Source of the DNA: Epiperipatus broadwayi
Taxonomy: Eukaryota > Animalia > Onychophora
NCBI GenBank assembly: GCA_028023455.1
Contig: JAQFVV010000005.1
Coordinates: 12,710,001 to 12,774,000, forward strand
DNA: 64,000 nt
Direction of reading: 5' to 3'
Program-made: the position numbers and the translations under genes
Notes under the pieces: generated by a model
Told to the model about the DNA's origin: nothing
Databases searched by the model: none
The model's input: the letters and a program-made list of their open reading frames with translations, nothing else
In this document: in pieces, positions 11,677 to 24,080 of the stretch
How the letters are laid out: each line of letters starts with the position of its first letter
Position numbering within the stretch: position 1 is the first letter of the stretch

Positions 11677-12751
11677 ACAATGTCAAAGATTTATGTTTGG
11701 AGTTAAGTGTCACAGGCAGTTAATTTTCCTCAGATATCAACTTTGTTTCCATTTATATCTGTTACGATTGTATCAGCCTTATGTAGCTTTAATTTATATT
11801 TACTACCTCAAGTGATCTGTGTCCAATCCTTAAGTGATATCAATGACAATCCAGCTCCACTATCCACTTCCAATGTGATCACTTTTCCACAGACCTGCAA
11901 ATCCAGAAGAATGTGATCTGTTTTATTGTCACGTTTTGATAGTGTTAATGGTTGATTTTTTATATTCTACTCCTACCTGGGGTTTGGGGTCTACATTTTT
12001 CTCTGTGCCTCACAGTATTTATAATAATACGTGGCCACTAAATGTCCTCTTGTTACATTTTCTACATTTTATCCTTGTACCTACAGCTACTTTCTATATG
12101 ACCAGATTTTCCACAGCAAGTACAATTTTGTTTGGTGTGTCCGCTGAAAGATGTAGAGTCAAATTTTTTATTTTCTTTACTGAAAGCGATCTTGTCCGGT
12201 GATTTTGATCTGGTATATTCTGATGCGATGTTGAGCATGGCCTCTTGTGTGACACATTTATCAATCACTGTTTGTATGTTAATTCTGGATCACTCAATAA
12301 AACCTTCCTGAAATTTGCATCCATCATTCCATACAAGAACTGTTCCAACAATGCGTCATTTATCTCTCGACTGTATTCACATTCTTTGGCCAGTTTTAGC
12401 AATACAAGATCGTATCCACCTACTTCTCTTGCAGTGACTGCATTGTTTCTCAGCCTAAGGCATGCTATTTATTTAGATTGTTTCGATAGAAAGTATTCAT
12501 TCAACTTTTGTATAAATTCCTGATACGTGAAATCTTCAGGACACTTCGGATTGGTAATCCTGTTTGCTAATCGGTAATCCTATTTGCTAATTAGATCGTG
12601 TCTTTTCCTACTAAATATAATAGTGTGGAAATCATATCTATCATCCTCAATTTTGTTTATGAACATAATATTCTACTTGTTCAATATAACTTTTCCATAA
12701 GTCGACATCATTTATGTCGAATTCATGCATTATGGCGTTTATGGCCGCCAT
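11677..12751 (-). pseudogene. Mag-like gag and aspartic protease (disrupted)
   Basis: ATG at 12751 (MAAINAIMHEFDINDVDLWKSYIEQVEYY); zinc knuckle CTCCGKSGHIESSC; protease ITLEVDSGAGLSLIS; LYIV|NKDSP linker split exactly by the insertion. Confidence 0.92.
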
Positions 12752-12829
12752 ATTGTTTTTATACATAACATTTTTTATGAGTGCCTCACTTTAATTTTGG
12801 ACTTCTAATCCTGTACAGCTGTGCCACTC

Positions 12830-13300
12830 TGCTATGTATTAGGGTTTTATTAAGTTTAACCAGTAAGACAGCAATAAATACAATTTACTCTCATTTAGAA
12901 TTCTATATATTTTAATAACTGCTTTCAACAACATGGACATACAATTACAATATAAAATAAACACAAGATTTCATTTAGTTTATTTACATACTAATATAAA
13001 CAATGTTCGCTATTTATCAGTTCTTATTTCATGCCTTGCCACAGTAGCCATTTTATCTACTTTCCTTTGCTATGGATTTCATATATCCTAAAGGCCGTGC
13101 ACTTGTAACATCCCGGGAACTGAGAGCAGTAAATCTCTGCCACCAGTTTTATACTATATCTATTTTATCGGGCATATATCCTGGAAACCATAATTGACAG
13201 CAGTGCTCTCTTTATATTTGTGTGGCGAAGAATTTACATTACAAGGCAAGTACAATGTCACTATTTATCACAAAACAAATGTATATACATATATATAGCA
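12830..13300 (-). repeat. 5' LTR of the Mag-like element
   Basis: Direct repeat of 4328-4804; followed on the minus strand by GAG-TGGCACAGC, a TGG-initiated PBS-like site. Confidence 0.95.
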
Positions 13301-14788
13301 ATGGCATGCCAATCATTCAATAAATATTTTTTGGAAATTTTTGGCACGCACACATAAAAAAGTTTACCAACATTGCCCTGATTAATTTATAAATACATAC
13401 GCAGGTTACATCTATTTTTTTTAAAAAAAATACGCCTTTCCAACCATGTTGACACGTGATTAAAACATTAGTTTTAATACTTTTTACAAGTGCTTTTTCT
13501 ATTTCAAAAGTTATTAAAATGTTTCTATTTCATTAAATTTAAATATAAATACTATCTGAGAAAGTTTAATATAATCTGAACCGTTTTAAGAATTCTCAAA
13601 ATAATGTATTAAAAATATTTATGCTATATAGCAATTATTAAGATTAATATAAAAGTTAATTTACAGTCTTCTTCTTAGTTTGTATTACATAGTCACACTA
13701 TTATTAAACCTGTCAACTAATGGTTACATAGGCTAATTTTAATCACCGATTGAAAGATTTGTGCTCGTAAAATGTTACGGAAATAATAATATATTGTAAT
13801 TGATTGATTCACATTTATTTATCCTCATTTAGTATTCACATATACATTGTCAAGTATAATCACAACAGTGTTAAGCGGCATTTAGAAAATAAAGAGAAAC
13901 AATACAAGTCATTAGCTTGACATCAACTACTTATATAAAAATTCATATAACTAGAAAATAGTTTTTAGTGCTGATTTTTATTATGGCTATGATGGAAAAC
14001 ATTAAAAAGATAACTTTCAACAGTATATGCTGAGTACATGCAGAAGTGTGTTGTCCATACTGCCAAAATATAATTTCTCAACAGAGAAATGATGCCATGC
14101 CAAGTCTGTAATTAATAGTCCAATACTGATGTTATAGAAACTATTTTTTTACCTGCCCTAATGTCCTTCTAGAATTTTGTGCTGCTCAAAAGTTGTCCTA
14201 GCTTCTTGAAGTAATTCAAAGACCAATGTTAAAGATTAATCCCAAATGTGATTGATAAAGCAATCAGGGTGGTATATAAAAACTACTATGCTAAAGTGAA
14301 ATCTATAATTTTCGAAAACTACCAGAACAGTAAACTTATATTTACAGTAAAACTTTTGATGTATATAAAAGTATGAACTTAGACCTAAACTAATTTTTTT
14401 TATCAACTATGTAAATATTTTTTTTTATTCATGCATTTCTTCTATTTAAAGGGGGTCTTGCATTTTCCCCCCACACAATTCAAATGCTACTATTTTGTTC
14501 ACTTAGGGATTATGGGCAAACACTATGCCCTTTGATTTACTGGGAAATACAGTAGACCATGATATATGCTATATTTTGTCTCAAGATTCCCCCCTCCCAG
14601 TGTACATAGTGTATAATAGCTCACATGTTGTTGATAAACATTAGAATACACTTTTTATTGATCTGCAAGTGTACAGTATTTTTCAACACACACATATGTA
14701 AGACTTTTTTTTTATATGTATATTATACATATATATATTAAAATTATAAACAAAATTAAAATAATAATAATAGTTATAAATAATCTAA

Positions 14789-14872
14789 ACATCACATGAT
14801 CACCATTTCTTATACTTGCTTATAACTGTTATTAAGTCAGGCAAAACTCTCTATATGTATTGCCACTTAGAG
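14789..14872 (-). repeat. 3'-end fragment of the Penelope-like short repeat family
   Basis: acatcacatgatcaccatttcttatac...caggcaaaactctctata is the reverse complement of the family 3' end seen at 20950-21013. Confidence 0.7.
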
Positions 14873-17484
14873 AATTTTACTGTTTTAATATTAGTAATAT
14901 ATGGGGGGAGAAATCTACATATATTTTTCATTGGCTGTAAAAAAAAACTTACTATACTGTATTTTTAAAATAAAATAAATGGTGAAGTCTAAGTTTCATT
15001 ATGATTAAATACATTTTGGGCAATTTTTTTTTTTTTCAGTAACTTTTTTCTCTTATAAAATTATAATAGACTAGTCTCATTATCAAAATGCTATGATCTC
15101 TAATTGTTTGATATTTTTAAGTTAGCATTGATTTAGGAAAAGAATAAAATGTAAGTGTTTTCAACATAAAACAAATTAATTTTATTAATGAAATGATTAT
15201 TTAGGAAAAATGGCTGCTGGCATAATTTAAAATTTCTTTGCAAATTTATTTTTTTAAATATGACCATGTATAGCTCTTAGAAATGGAAAATAGTTACTCG
15301 AATATTGTAAAATGTATTAAATTTTCTAATCTTAATGAGGTTTTTTTTTAAATAGCATATAATTGAAGTCATGTACTTTGATATAGCATAGTTCTGGGCT
15401 TTATTCTCTATATAAATTAAATTCAATATTTTCATGGATTTATTATATGTAAACAATGTAAAGTATGGGATGATTTTTATGTAAATATTTAGAAATAATT
15501 TTGATGATGCTGTGAAAAAATCAATTACTATCAACAGTCCCTAAGGTTAATCCATTTTTCTCTAATATTCAGTAATAGCTTTTTATCTTGAGCTTAATTA
15601 GAAATAAAAGGTTATATGGGTGTTGGCAAAAGATGTTAAATAGAATTGGTTAATGAAGACTAGATGTTGTAGCTTCTTATAAATTAGTTGGTTTGTTGTC
15701 TCTGGTTGAAAAAAGAATGTTAAAAACTTTATAATACTTCAATTAAAAGTATATTATGCTCATGTGTGCATATAACCATGAGTACTTTTTTTTTAATGAT
15801 TAAAGTTGTTTTCATAAATAAATTGTTTTTATTACTTAAAATTAAATTCAGTGTTCATGCTATTCTTATATAAGTATCATCTCATTTCTATTGCATACTT
15901 AAAAAGTTTTATATTCTGAGCATGCTTATCCTCTAGACTGGAAATATGTAAGAACATTAATGGGAAAGAAATCAGGAAATTATTATATAATGATACTAGT
16001 TCATTCTTGATAATCTTCCTTAATGGAAGTGGTGTTCAAGGTACTTATCTAGTATATCCTGATTATAATTAAAGATGTGACTCTTAGACTGATCCTTATG
16101 TAGTTATTGATAATGATTATGAAATATAACCCTTATTTCTTTTAAATTTTTTCAAAACGAGTTTTACAAAATGGAAATACATAATTTGATCATCTATGTG
16201 GCACATAAAATATTTAGTAACTTTTTCTTGATGTTACATAAATGGCTGTATCAATGTCAATTACATCCACATATATTTTCACATTTTTCAACTGATACAT
16301 AAGTGATCAACATAGTGATGCATTCTTTCATTACAGTATATATGAGGGATATCCAATAATAACCAGAATTATTCTCTAGAGGATGAGTGCATTATAATAT
16401 ACGATTCTGCTGCTGGATGTCTCTTCAGGGGAGTCCCTTGCATCAATCTACAAACTATCATTACTGAGAAAATTCATGCCATAGTGTAGAAAATGTTTTT
16501 GTTAAATGTGTCTCACTTATTGGTTGATTTTTGTAATGGCTGAAAAGTTGGAATAATGTGAAATTCTGTTAAAAGTGACAGTAAAAACATAATATTTGAA
16601 TAGCTTACAAGCAAGCTGCTCTGAGGAAAACACAAGTTTATGAGTGGTTTAATGGAAGTGTCTAATTCATCAATCCCAAACAAGCATGGCAAGTGAAGTC
16701 CAATATCAAGATGATGCTGTTTTTCTTTTTTATGCAAATGGAATTGTTCACTCAGAATTTATTTGTAATGATTAGGCATTTATAATCTAGAAGTTTCGAA
16801 ACATTTGTGTGATGCTCCCATTTTGTGCAAAATGAGGAGAGCAAGCTTCACCATGACACCATAGCTGTACAGAAAGCCTTAAGTGTGAAACAATTTTTAA
16901 TTAAATTCAGCATGACCTATCTTATCCAGTAGCCATATTTGAATGATTTTATTCCATGTAATTTTTATTTATTCCCTCAAATGAAAAAATATTCATTTTT
17001 TATTTTTTTTTGGCAGAGAAGTGGTGAAGAAAAAACAAGAGATATTAAAAGACATCATTTTGCAAGAGTTTCCATAACTATTTTAAAAAGGGAAAAATAT
17101 GTTTAGACCAAGGTATTGCATTAAATGGACTGTATGTTGAAGGGGATTCAATTTGTAACATTTAAAAATAAATATACAATTTTTTATTTCTGGTTTTTTT
17201 TTTTTTTGTGGGTCTCTCTCTTATATATATAATCATATAAGGATTTTAAATAAAATACATACTCAGATGTTTGTTTAAAATGTGTACTTATACAATAAAA
17301 TAAAAAATAAAATAAACAAACTATATATATATTTAAAAAGTGATTTTATTAAAATAACAAAAATATATTATCAACATTAGTAGTTTAACGTTTATAAAAG
17401 TAACAGATTCTTTTTAATTAAGTATAAGTTTTGAAAAATATATGTGTTTTCTCTATTGACCACATCTGGCAAAAGTAAAACTAT

Positions 17485-19410
17485 TATCATGTTTTAATAA
17501 GATGGCACAGAAGAGAAATTTTCTGGGAAGTTGGAGTAATACAAGAGTAAGGCTATTATTTAAAGGAAAAGGTAAGGATCTTAGAAAGTTAAACAATTAT
17601 AAACCGATAACGATAACATCAGTTTTATATAAAGTTTTTTCATTTATGGTGGCTGGAAGGGTTGCAAAAAGGATGGAAGAAAATAATATTAATGGGAGAA
17701 ATACAAAGAGGTTTTTGATCAGATAGGCATATAGGAGATAGTTTATTTGTAGTTACACAACTAATGGATATGAGTAGGAATACAGGTTGGTTTTTATAGA
17801 TATAGAGAAGGTGTAATATAGAATAAATAGAAATGGCTTATGGGTAAATTTAGTAAATTTGGGAATGAATGGAGCTTTAATGGATATTATTAAGAAATTA
17901 TATGAAAATAATTACTATGCGTATCAATTAGGGGATATAGAATCAGTTAAAGTTAAAAATGGGAGACTAAGGCAAGGATGCCCTATGTCACCTATTTTGT
18001 TTTTATTGTATTTGAGAGAAATGGATAGATCAATAGAAAGAATAGGAAGAGGGGTAGAGATACTATTAATAGGTGGCAAGGGAGTGTATACATTGTCGGG
18101 TCTGTTATTTGCAGATGATATCTTTTTGTGCATAAAAAGAAGATATGGAAGTTATGCTCAGGACATGCGTGAGGGTGGATAAAGAATGGGGGATTAAATT
18201 TAGTGAAGAAAAATCAAAAGTAATGATGATTAATACTGGGGAAAGAGAAGATAAAGAATTTTTATTGGGAGATATAAAGTTAAGTGTGGTGAATAGATAT
18301 AACTATTTGGGAATCATCTTAAGTAATTAGAGAAATTGCTTAGATGAATGGGAGAAAAATTGATAAATGAAGCAAAGAAAAGAAAGGAATTGATAAAGAA
18401 ATTGACTGTTTTCATATAATAAATATGATGTAGCTAGAATTGTATGGAAGGGAGAGGCAGTAGCAGGGTTAACATATGGTAGTGATGAGTTATGTGTTAG
18501 TAAAGGGGTATTAGATTACTTAGAAAAAGTACAAAGAGAAGTAGGAAGACATGCATTAGATGCAGATGTGTGGATGGGAAGGAGGCAGTTCAAAAGGAAA
18601 TGAGATGCTCAAGTTTTTATATAAGAGATGCAAAAAGCAAAATGAAAATGTTCGGTAGATTGCAGTTTATGGATAATAAAAGAATAGCCAAAATAGTATT
18701 TAATTGGGTTATGAGTAAAGGGCAGACAACAATATGGGTGAGAAAGGTAATGCACTATGCAGAAGATTTGGATAAAGAATTTATGTCAGTATACTTGTAC
18801 AAAAAATGGGATGATTGTGTTAGGAGAATTGTTGAGTGTTATAGTGGTAAGGAATGAGATAGAAGAATAGATGCATTAATAAAGAATGGAGTTGGAGAGA
18901 TGGAGAACTAGTATGGAGAGTAAAAAGAGTTTAAATATATATAGAATTAAACAGAATACTGGTTGTGAGTTAATTTATGATAATGCAATGAAAGTAGTTT
19001 ACTATTTAAGGCTCAAACAGGATTTTTAGCAACAAGGAAATATACACATAAATGGAAAAATGTGGGTGATTTAGTTTGCAAGTTATATAAGGAAGGCATA
19101 AAAATATTAGGCATCTATTAATTGAATGTAAATGCCTGAAAGCAGAAAGGGTACAAATAATGAAGTTATGGAAGAATAAATATAAACAAAGTGATTATAC
19201 AGAAAGTGGGTTATTGGGTTTGGAAAAGGATAGAGGGGATTTAGATATAAAGGTCATGGAGTTGACAAAGATTATGTTGTGGAAATGGGATGGAGCAAGA
19301 TATGAAAAAACGGTGAAAAGTGGAAAGAGAAGATAAAGTGGCTAACAGGTTTCTTGGCATAGTTGCTCCTGACTCTATATAAGGAGAACTCACAATACAT
19401 CAATCACATC
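17485..19410 (+). mobile_element. 5'-truncated decayed non-LTR retrotransposon (LINE family B: RT plus C-terminal Cys/His finger)
   Basis: RVRLLFKGKGKD..NYKPITITSVLYK, LRQGCPMSPILF, LLFADD, YNYLGII; C-terminal finger region; CATCA-type tail near 19395. Confidence 0.92.
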
Positions 19411-19419
19411 TAGTCATGG

Positions 19420-19760
19420 AAATTATTTGGCATCTGTTAATTGAATGTAAATGCTTACAAGCACAAAGGGTACAAATAATGAAATTGTGGAAGAAAGTGA
19501 TTATACAGAGAATGAGTTCTTGACTTTTATGCTGGGTTTGGGAAAAGATAAGGGGATATCTAGATATAAAAACTATGGGGTGGACAAAGATTATGTTGTG
19601 GAAATGAGATGGAGCTGGATAGAGAAGAATATGGGGAAAACTTAGGGTGGGAATGAAAAGGAAAGGCAAGGTGGCTAACAGGTTTCTCTGGGCTGGGCAT
19701 AGTGGCTGAGCGATTCTTGACTGATAAAGGAGCAGCCATAGTGCATTGCATTGCAGTACA
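19420..19760 (+). mobile_element. Second, diverged 3' end of LINE family B in tandem
   Basis: Repeats 19100-19375 (ggcatct.ttaattgaatgtaaatgc...gtggctaacaggtttct) with many differences; ends in a cattgcattgca tail. Confidence 0.85.
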
Positions 19761-20409
19761 ATGAAAAAACTTTCAAAACGAATCGGCTACTAATTTAGTT
19801 ACATTTTGTAACTGAATATCTTTCTTTTCATAAATCAGTTATAGTTAATATATATAATTAACTACATGGTTAAATAGAACTTTCTTGAAAAATAGCACTA
19901 AACGAAGCCAGACCGCTTACATTTAAAATAAAATTTACTATTTCAACTTGGGTCAGTAATTCCATATTACAAAAATGTGAAGGAAATGAAATAAAAATGA
20001 TATAATTGAAAAATAAATATACGAACCATAACATCTGAAGAACTAGTTTTTAATTAAAAATTATTAAACAGAAAAATTTTAAATTGAGCCGTAAGATGCC
20101 ATACAATTTATATTTAACAACAAGATTCAAAATCTCTGTTGAAATTAAAAGCTTGTTTAGTATTTTATATAATCTAAATAAATAATTTATATTACCCAAA
20201 TATTACCATATATATTTACTATTTTTTAACATAAACAATACTGTGGAAAATATAAATATGTTGATAATTTAATTTTTGCTTTTTATCACAAACATTTTCA
20301 CAGTATGTATTCCTAGGCCACTACTTATGAAACTGATCATAACAGATATACAGTTTTCAATTCATTTAATCTTTGTAATGACATTCAAGAATATAACTAT
20401 TAGAATTAT

Positions 20410-20630
20410 CTAAAAATGTTCAGGCTGATGTGATATATTTGATGGCTCAAGTGAAAAACCATAATTACTATATGCTACTGAATGAAGATGTTTTAAATCA
20501 GGTTTATGGTTGTAAGCTATAAGCCAACAGGATACTGCAATGGATACACAAACCATAGCTAGAAGTGCTGTTAAAACGAGTGCTAAGATGAACCATATAA
20601 GTGGAATACAATACTTATTTTGAATTTGCT
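20410..20630 (-). CDS. Terminal coding exon: transmembrane helix and cytoplasmic tail
   Basis: tttttttcag|AGCAAATT..., phase 1 matching the previous exon; QIQNKYCIPLIWFILALVLTALLAMVCVSIAVSCWLIAYNHKPDLKHLHSVAYSNYGFSLEPSNISHQPEHF*. Confidence 0.88.
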
Positions 20631-20860
20631 CTGAAAAAAAGAAAGAAATCAAAAAATTGTAATAATGTTTGCTTAAAATTTTACAACTGTTTAAATTCTA
20701 CCAATGTTTAAAATAATACATAGATTAAATCATTCATCTTCAATTAAGTCAAGAAGTGTATAAGAATAATCAATGGGCTAAACTCTTATGACTTCATTGA
20801 TAAAACAAAAAATAAAAGAATCTCACTGACTTATAGTCAGAATAACGCTTAAGCCAATAG

Positions 20861-21013
20861 ACATCACATGATCACTAGATGGGAATTTTATGCACAAGCC
20901 TTCTGGCATTCATTGATTACTCTGGCTTGCACTGAGTGGCAATAAGTATAGAGAGTTTTGCCTGTTTTAATAACAGTTATATCCAAGTATAAGAAATGGT
21001 GATCATGTGATGT
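20861..21013 (+). repeat. Penelope-like short repeat: 3' part with an inverted 15-bp copy of its terminus
   Basis: ACATCACATGATCAC...GTGATCATGTGATGT; interior matches 21330-21431 and 34610-34712. Confidence 0.75.
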
Positions 21014-21198
21014 TTATTAGCTTAAAACCAATCCTGCCTAATAGGATAGTGGTGGCTATGGTTATTAAAGTATCAAAGACCCTAAAATGTATAGGTTCTG
21101 AACTGAGTTCAGACCTATATGACTATACAAACTAATAAGCTTGAATTGAAAATATTATAGTGTTTTCAATTTAAGACTCGTAGTTTTGTAGTTAAGTA

Positions 21199-21431
21199 GC
21201 GATAAAAGGTGGCTACTGTAGGGTTGCATTAGATCCTAAGATCTACCTCCAGTGCTCTCAGATACAGGGTTCCTCACTGATGAAGGCCACAAGCCAGACA
21301 CTAGTCTGGGGATATTGGATGAGTAGGCCTTAGATGGGGATTTTATGCACAAGCCTTCTGGCATCCATTGATTACTCTGGATTACACTGAGTGGCAATAC
21401 ATATAGAGAGTTTTACCTGTTTTAATAACAG
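21199..21431 (+). mobile_element. Penelope-like non-autonomous repeat carrying a hammerhead motif
   Basis: Colinear with 34490-34712 (ataaaaggtggct...ttagatcctaagatct...cctcactga.gaag...ttttgcctgttttaat). Confidence 0.7.
21271..21312 (+). ncRNA. Minimal type I hammerhead ribozyme motif (one core mutation)
   Basis: TCCTCA-CTGATGA-A-GGC(CACAA)GCC-A-GACA-CTAG-TC-TGGGGA: helix I TCCTCA/TGGGGA, helix II GGC/GCC, palindromic helix III ACTAGT; GAAA reads GACA. Confidence 0.65.
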
Positions 21432-22699
21432 AATAATGCTTAAAGTGTTATTTTATATTTTATGTAACTTCTTTTTTTAGGCAGAAATAAACAGACCAAA
21501 GTAAGATTTGTGATTACCATTATTACATTTTTTTTTAAGTTTGGTTAACCATTAATATTTGTCAACTATTTATATTAATCTACTTATTCTAAAAATTATT
21601 TGTGTTTGCCTAAAGTAAAGTGTGCATTTATATTTTTTTATTATAATTTATTACCTAATGAAGAAATTTGATACATGTACTTATTAGTATATATTATTGT
21701 TTCATTATACAGTTCAAATCTTGATCAGGCATTTGGAGTAATAAAATAATTTTGTTGTTGGGGATAATATACATTGTTTGAGGGAATATGAAAGTTCATT
21801 ACATTTACCATTACATGGAGAAGTTATGAAAACAAAAAATATTAATAACTCAGTTAAGGCTGAATGCTTTTGAGGATCCATGCCATAGTCATATTGAAAA
21901 CTGCAGAATAAACAGACATGACTCTTGCTTTGATATTTCTAAAAAATGGACTACCTAACTCATTTACATTTAATTTGCAGATCTTAAGTCTAATGTAAAC
22001 AATTCCACAGTTTCAATATGGCTATGATTATAAGGCATGGATCCTCGAAAGTGCTCAGCCTTAACTGAGTTATTAATATTTTTCGTTTTTATAACTTCTA
22101 TAACTTGTGTATTGCATGCACTTTGTAGATTATACATTTATTGTAGAAGTAAAATTGAATATCATTCCATGGAAGAAAAACTATTGTTGCTATTTATGTT
22201 TGTCTTTGTTCACTTTTCATTTATGCATTTCACTCAGTTAACTGAGTAGTGTAATATTGTGAATGAGTTTCATGAACTCCCAAGTTAACAGAATATTCAC
22301 TAATGGATATAAATTCAAACCTGGTGTAATAGTGGTGTCATTGTAGTATAGTATAATCTACCCAAATTAACAAATATTCTAGTCATGTCAGGTATTATAA
22401 GCTATATCCATATGACGAGCAGGAAAGACTGTTGCAATAGGCTTTAAACTAATACCCTTCAGTATGCTCATCATAAATTATGAGTGGGTCTATGTGAGTG
22501 TTAAGTGATCATGATCATATATACTTGGTATCCCACAGAATCCTGTTTTATTTGGTGTGACATGATCCAATTGACATTCTTTGTAGGGCATCTGTCAACA
22601 TATCACAATTAACTATCCATGCTTTTACATATATGATGGAAATATGGGAATAAACAAAAACTTTGGGAGGAACAAGGTGATATCATACAAATAAAAGGG

Positions 22700-24080
22700 A
22701 AATGCAGGAATGAAGAAGTAGATAAAATAGTGGAGAAATGTGCTATTGAAAAAAAATTAAATGAACAAGAGCAAACATGCTAGGAAAAAGTGGTTGAGGG
22801 ATGGACTCATCATCCATTGACATATTTATATAAAAGAAAAATATTTCTATTACTATAACAAGAATTAAAGCAAAAATGCAAGCTCAAAAATCAGAAGAAA
22901 ACACTGCACTGTTAGCAGAACAAACAGATATCACAAAGCATATTGCAATGAGTAATTAAAAAAAAAAGCAGGCTGATTAAACAATGCTATGGATAATCTT
23001 AATGGCACAAATGGAAAAAATGGCTGAAAATAGTAAAAACCAAATGGAAGAGATGGCTAATCAATCAAATGAAAGAAATTAAACGTGAAATTAAAGATTA
23101 TAATGAAAAAAGTGAAAGTTTTTCAGGATAATGAAAAACATAACAACCAAAAGAACAAAGTTCATAAAGAGTCTACTGTGACAAAAAGAGGATGCAATGC
23201 TTTTATCACAAAAAGTTGAGACTAACACTAAATTGGGCAAAACAAGTTAAACTACAGATAAATGCCACAGTGCATTAAAGAGTAATGAAACTTTATCACA
23301 TAATTGAGAAGAAACTAATGACATAATAAGTAGTGATGAAGGAAAAATGCATAAACAAGGCACATAAATAGTGATACTATGAATATTGAGGCCAAATATG
23401 ATTATAAGAAAGATAATGTCTGTGTTATATCTGAACATTTGGTTGAAAACACCAATGAAAAACCCTGTGAGGCAAGTGATGTAAAAAATCATAATAATGA
23501 AGAATGGAATACTTTTTGAGTCCAAATATTAATCTAGAAGTTATAAATAATTACAAAAATGATAGCAAAATTACAGATGTGATTCACTTAGAAAGTGAAT
23601 TCTGCTACCTGAAAGTTAAAGATAGAAATGATGGAAGAAGTACTTTAGAAAATCAAAGCTAGAGGTGCTCCACATTGTAAACCCTACAAATGGAGAAGTA
23701 TAATTAGAATAAATTTAAGAAGATTGAAAATAATGAAAAAATAAAATCAAATACTAATATCTTAGATAGAAAAAAGATAAAATATAAATGGTCTTGCCAC
23801 TAATGACTATATGAATGAAGACAAAAGTGCTGGCATGGGAAAGGAAAATAGTAGAGCCTGATAAGATAAACAAGATCCATTCCAGAATGAAACGAGCAAG
23901 AGATTTCACAAATTACCCCAAATAATCTCTTTACAAGTGAATAAATACCTAGAAAGAGATAAAAATTAAATTTTATGGGAAAAAAGATGGCATATTCTCT
24001 GATGACCCTGGATCTGTCAAAAAGAGTACATGATTTTAGGAGAATAAATAAAATTATCAATTCAAACTTATAACTATAAT
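22700..24080 (+). mobile_element. Decayed A-rich coiled-coil ORF, probably retroelement gag/ORF1
   Basis: Strong purine bias; fragments such as LMAQMEKMAENSKNQMEEMANQS; many stops. Confidence 0.4.

Larger units (their letters stand above)
4328..13300 (-). mobile_element. Full-length decayed Ty3/gypsy LTR retrotransposon (Mag-like), interrupted by a 4.2-kb insertion
   Basis: Two ~475-bp LTRs with TGCTAT...ATAGCA termini; 5-bp TSD ATGGC (4323-4327 and 13301-13305); PPT at 4805-4822; gag, PR, RT, RNase H, IN in gypsy order with many stops and frameshifts. Confidence 0.97.

Noticed and set aside
4726-12523. Plus-strand ORFs overlapping the gypsy element (e.g. 4942-5418, 6937-7158, 7195-7506, 11936-12202)
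   Set aside because: Antisense shadows of gag/pol with no independent motifs.
17017-17112. Plus-strand exon-like segment with good AG/GT sites
   Set aside because: Stop codons in all three frames and no partner exons found.
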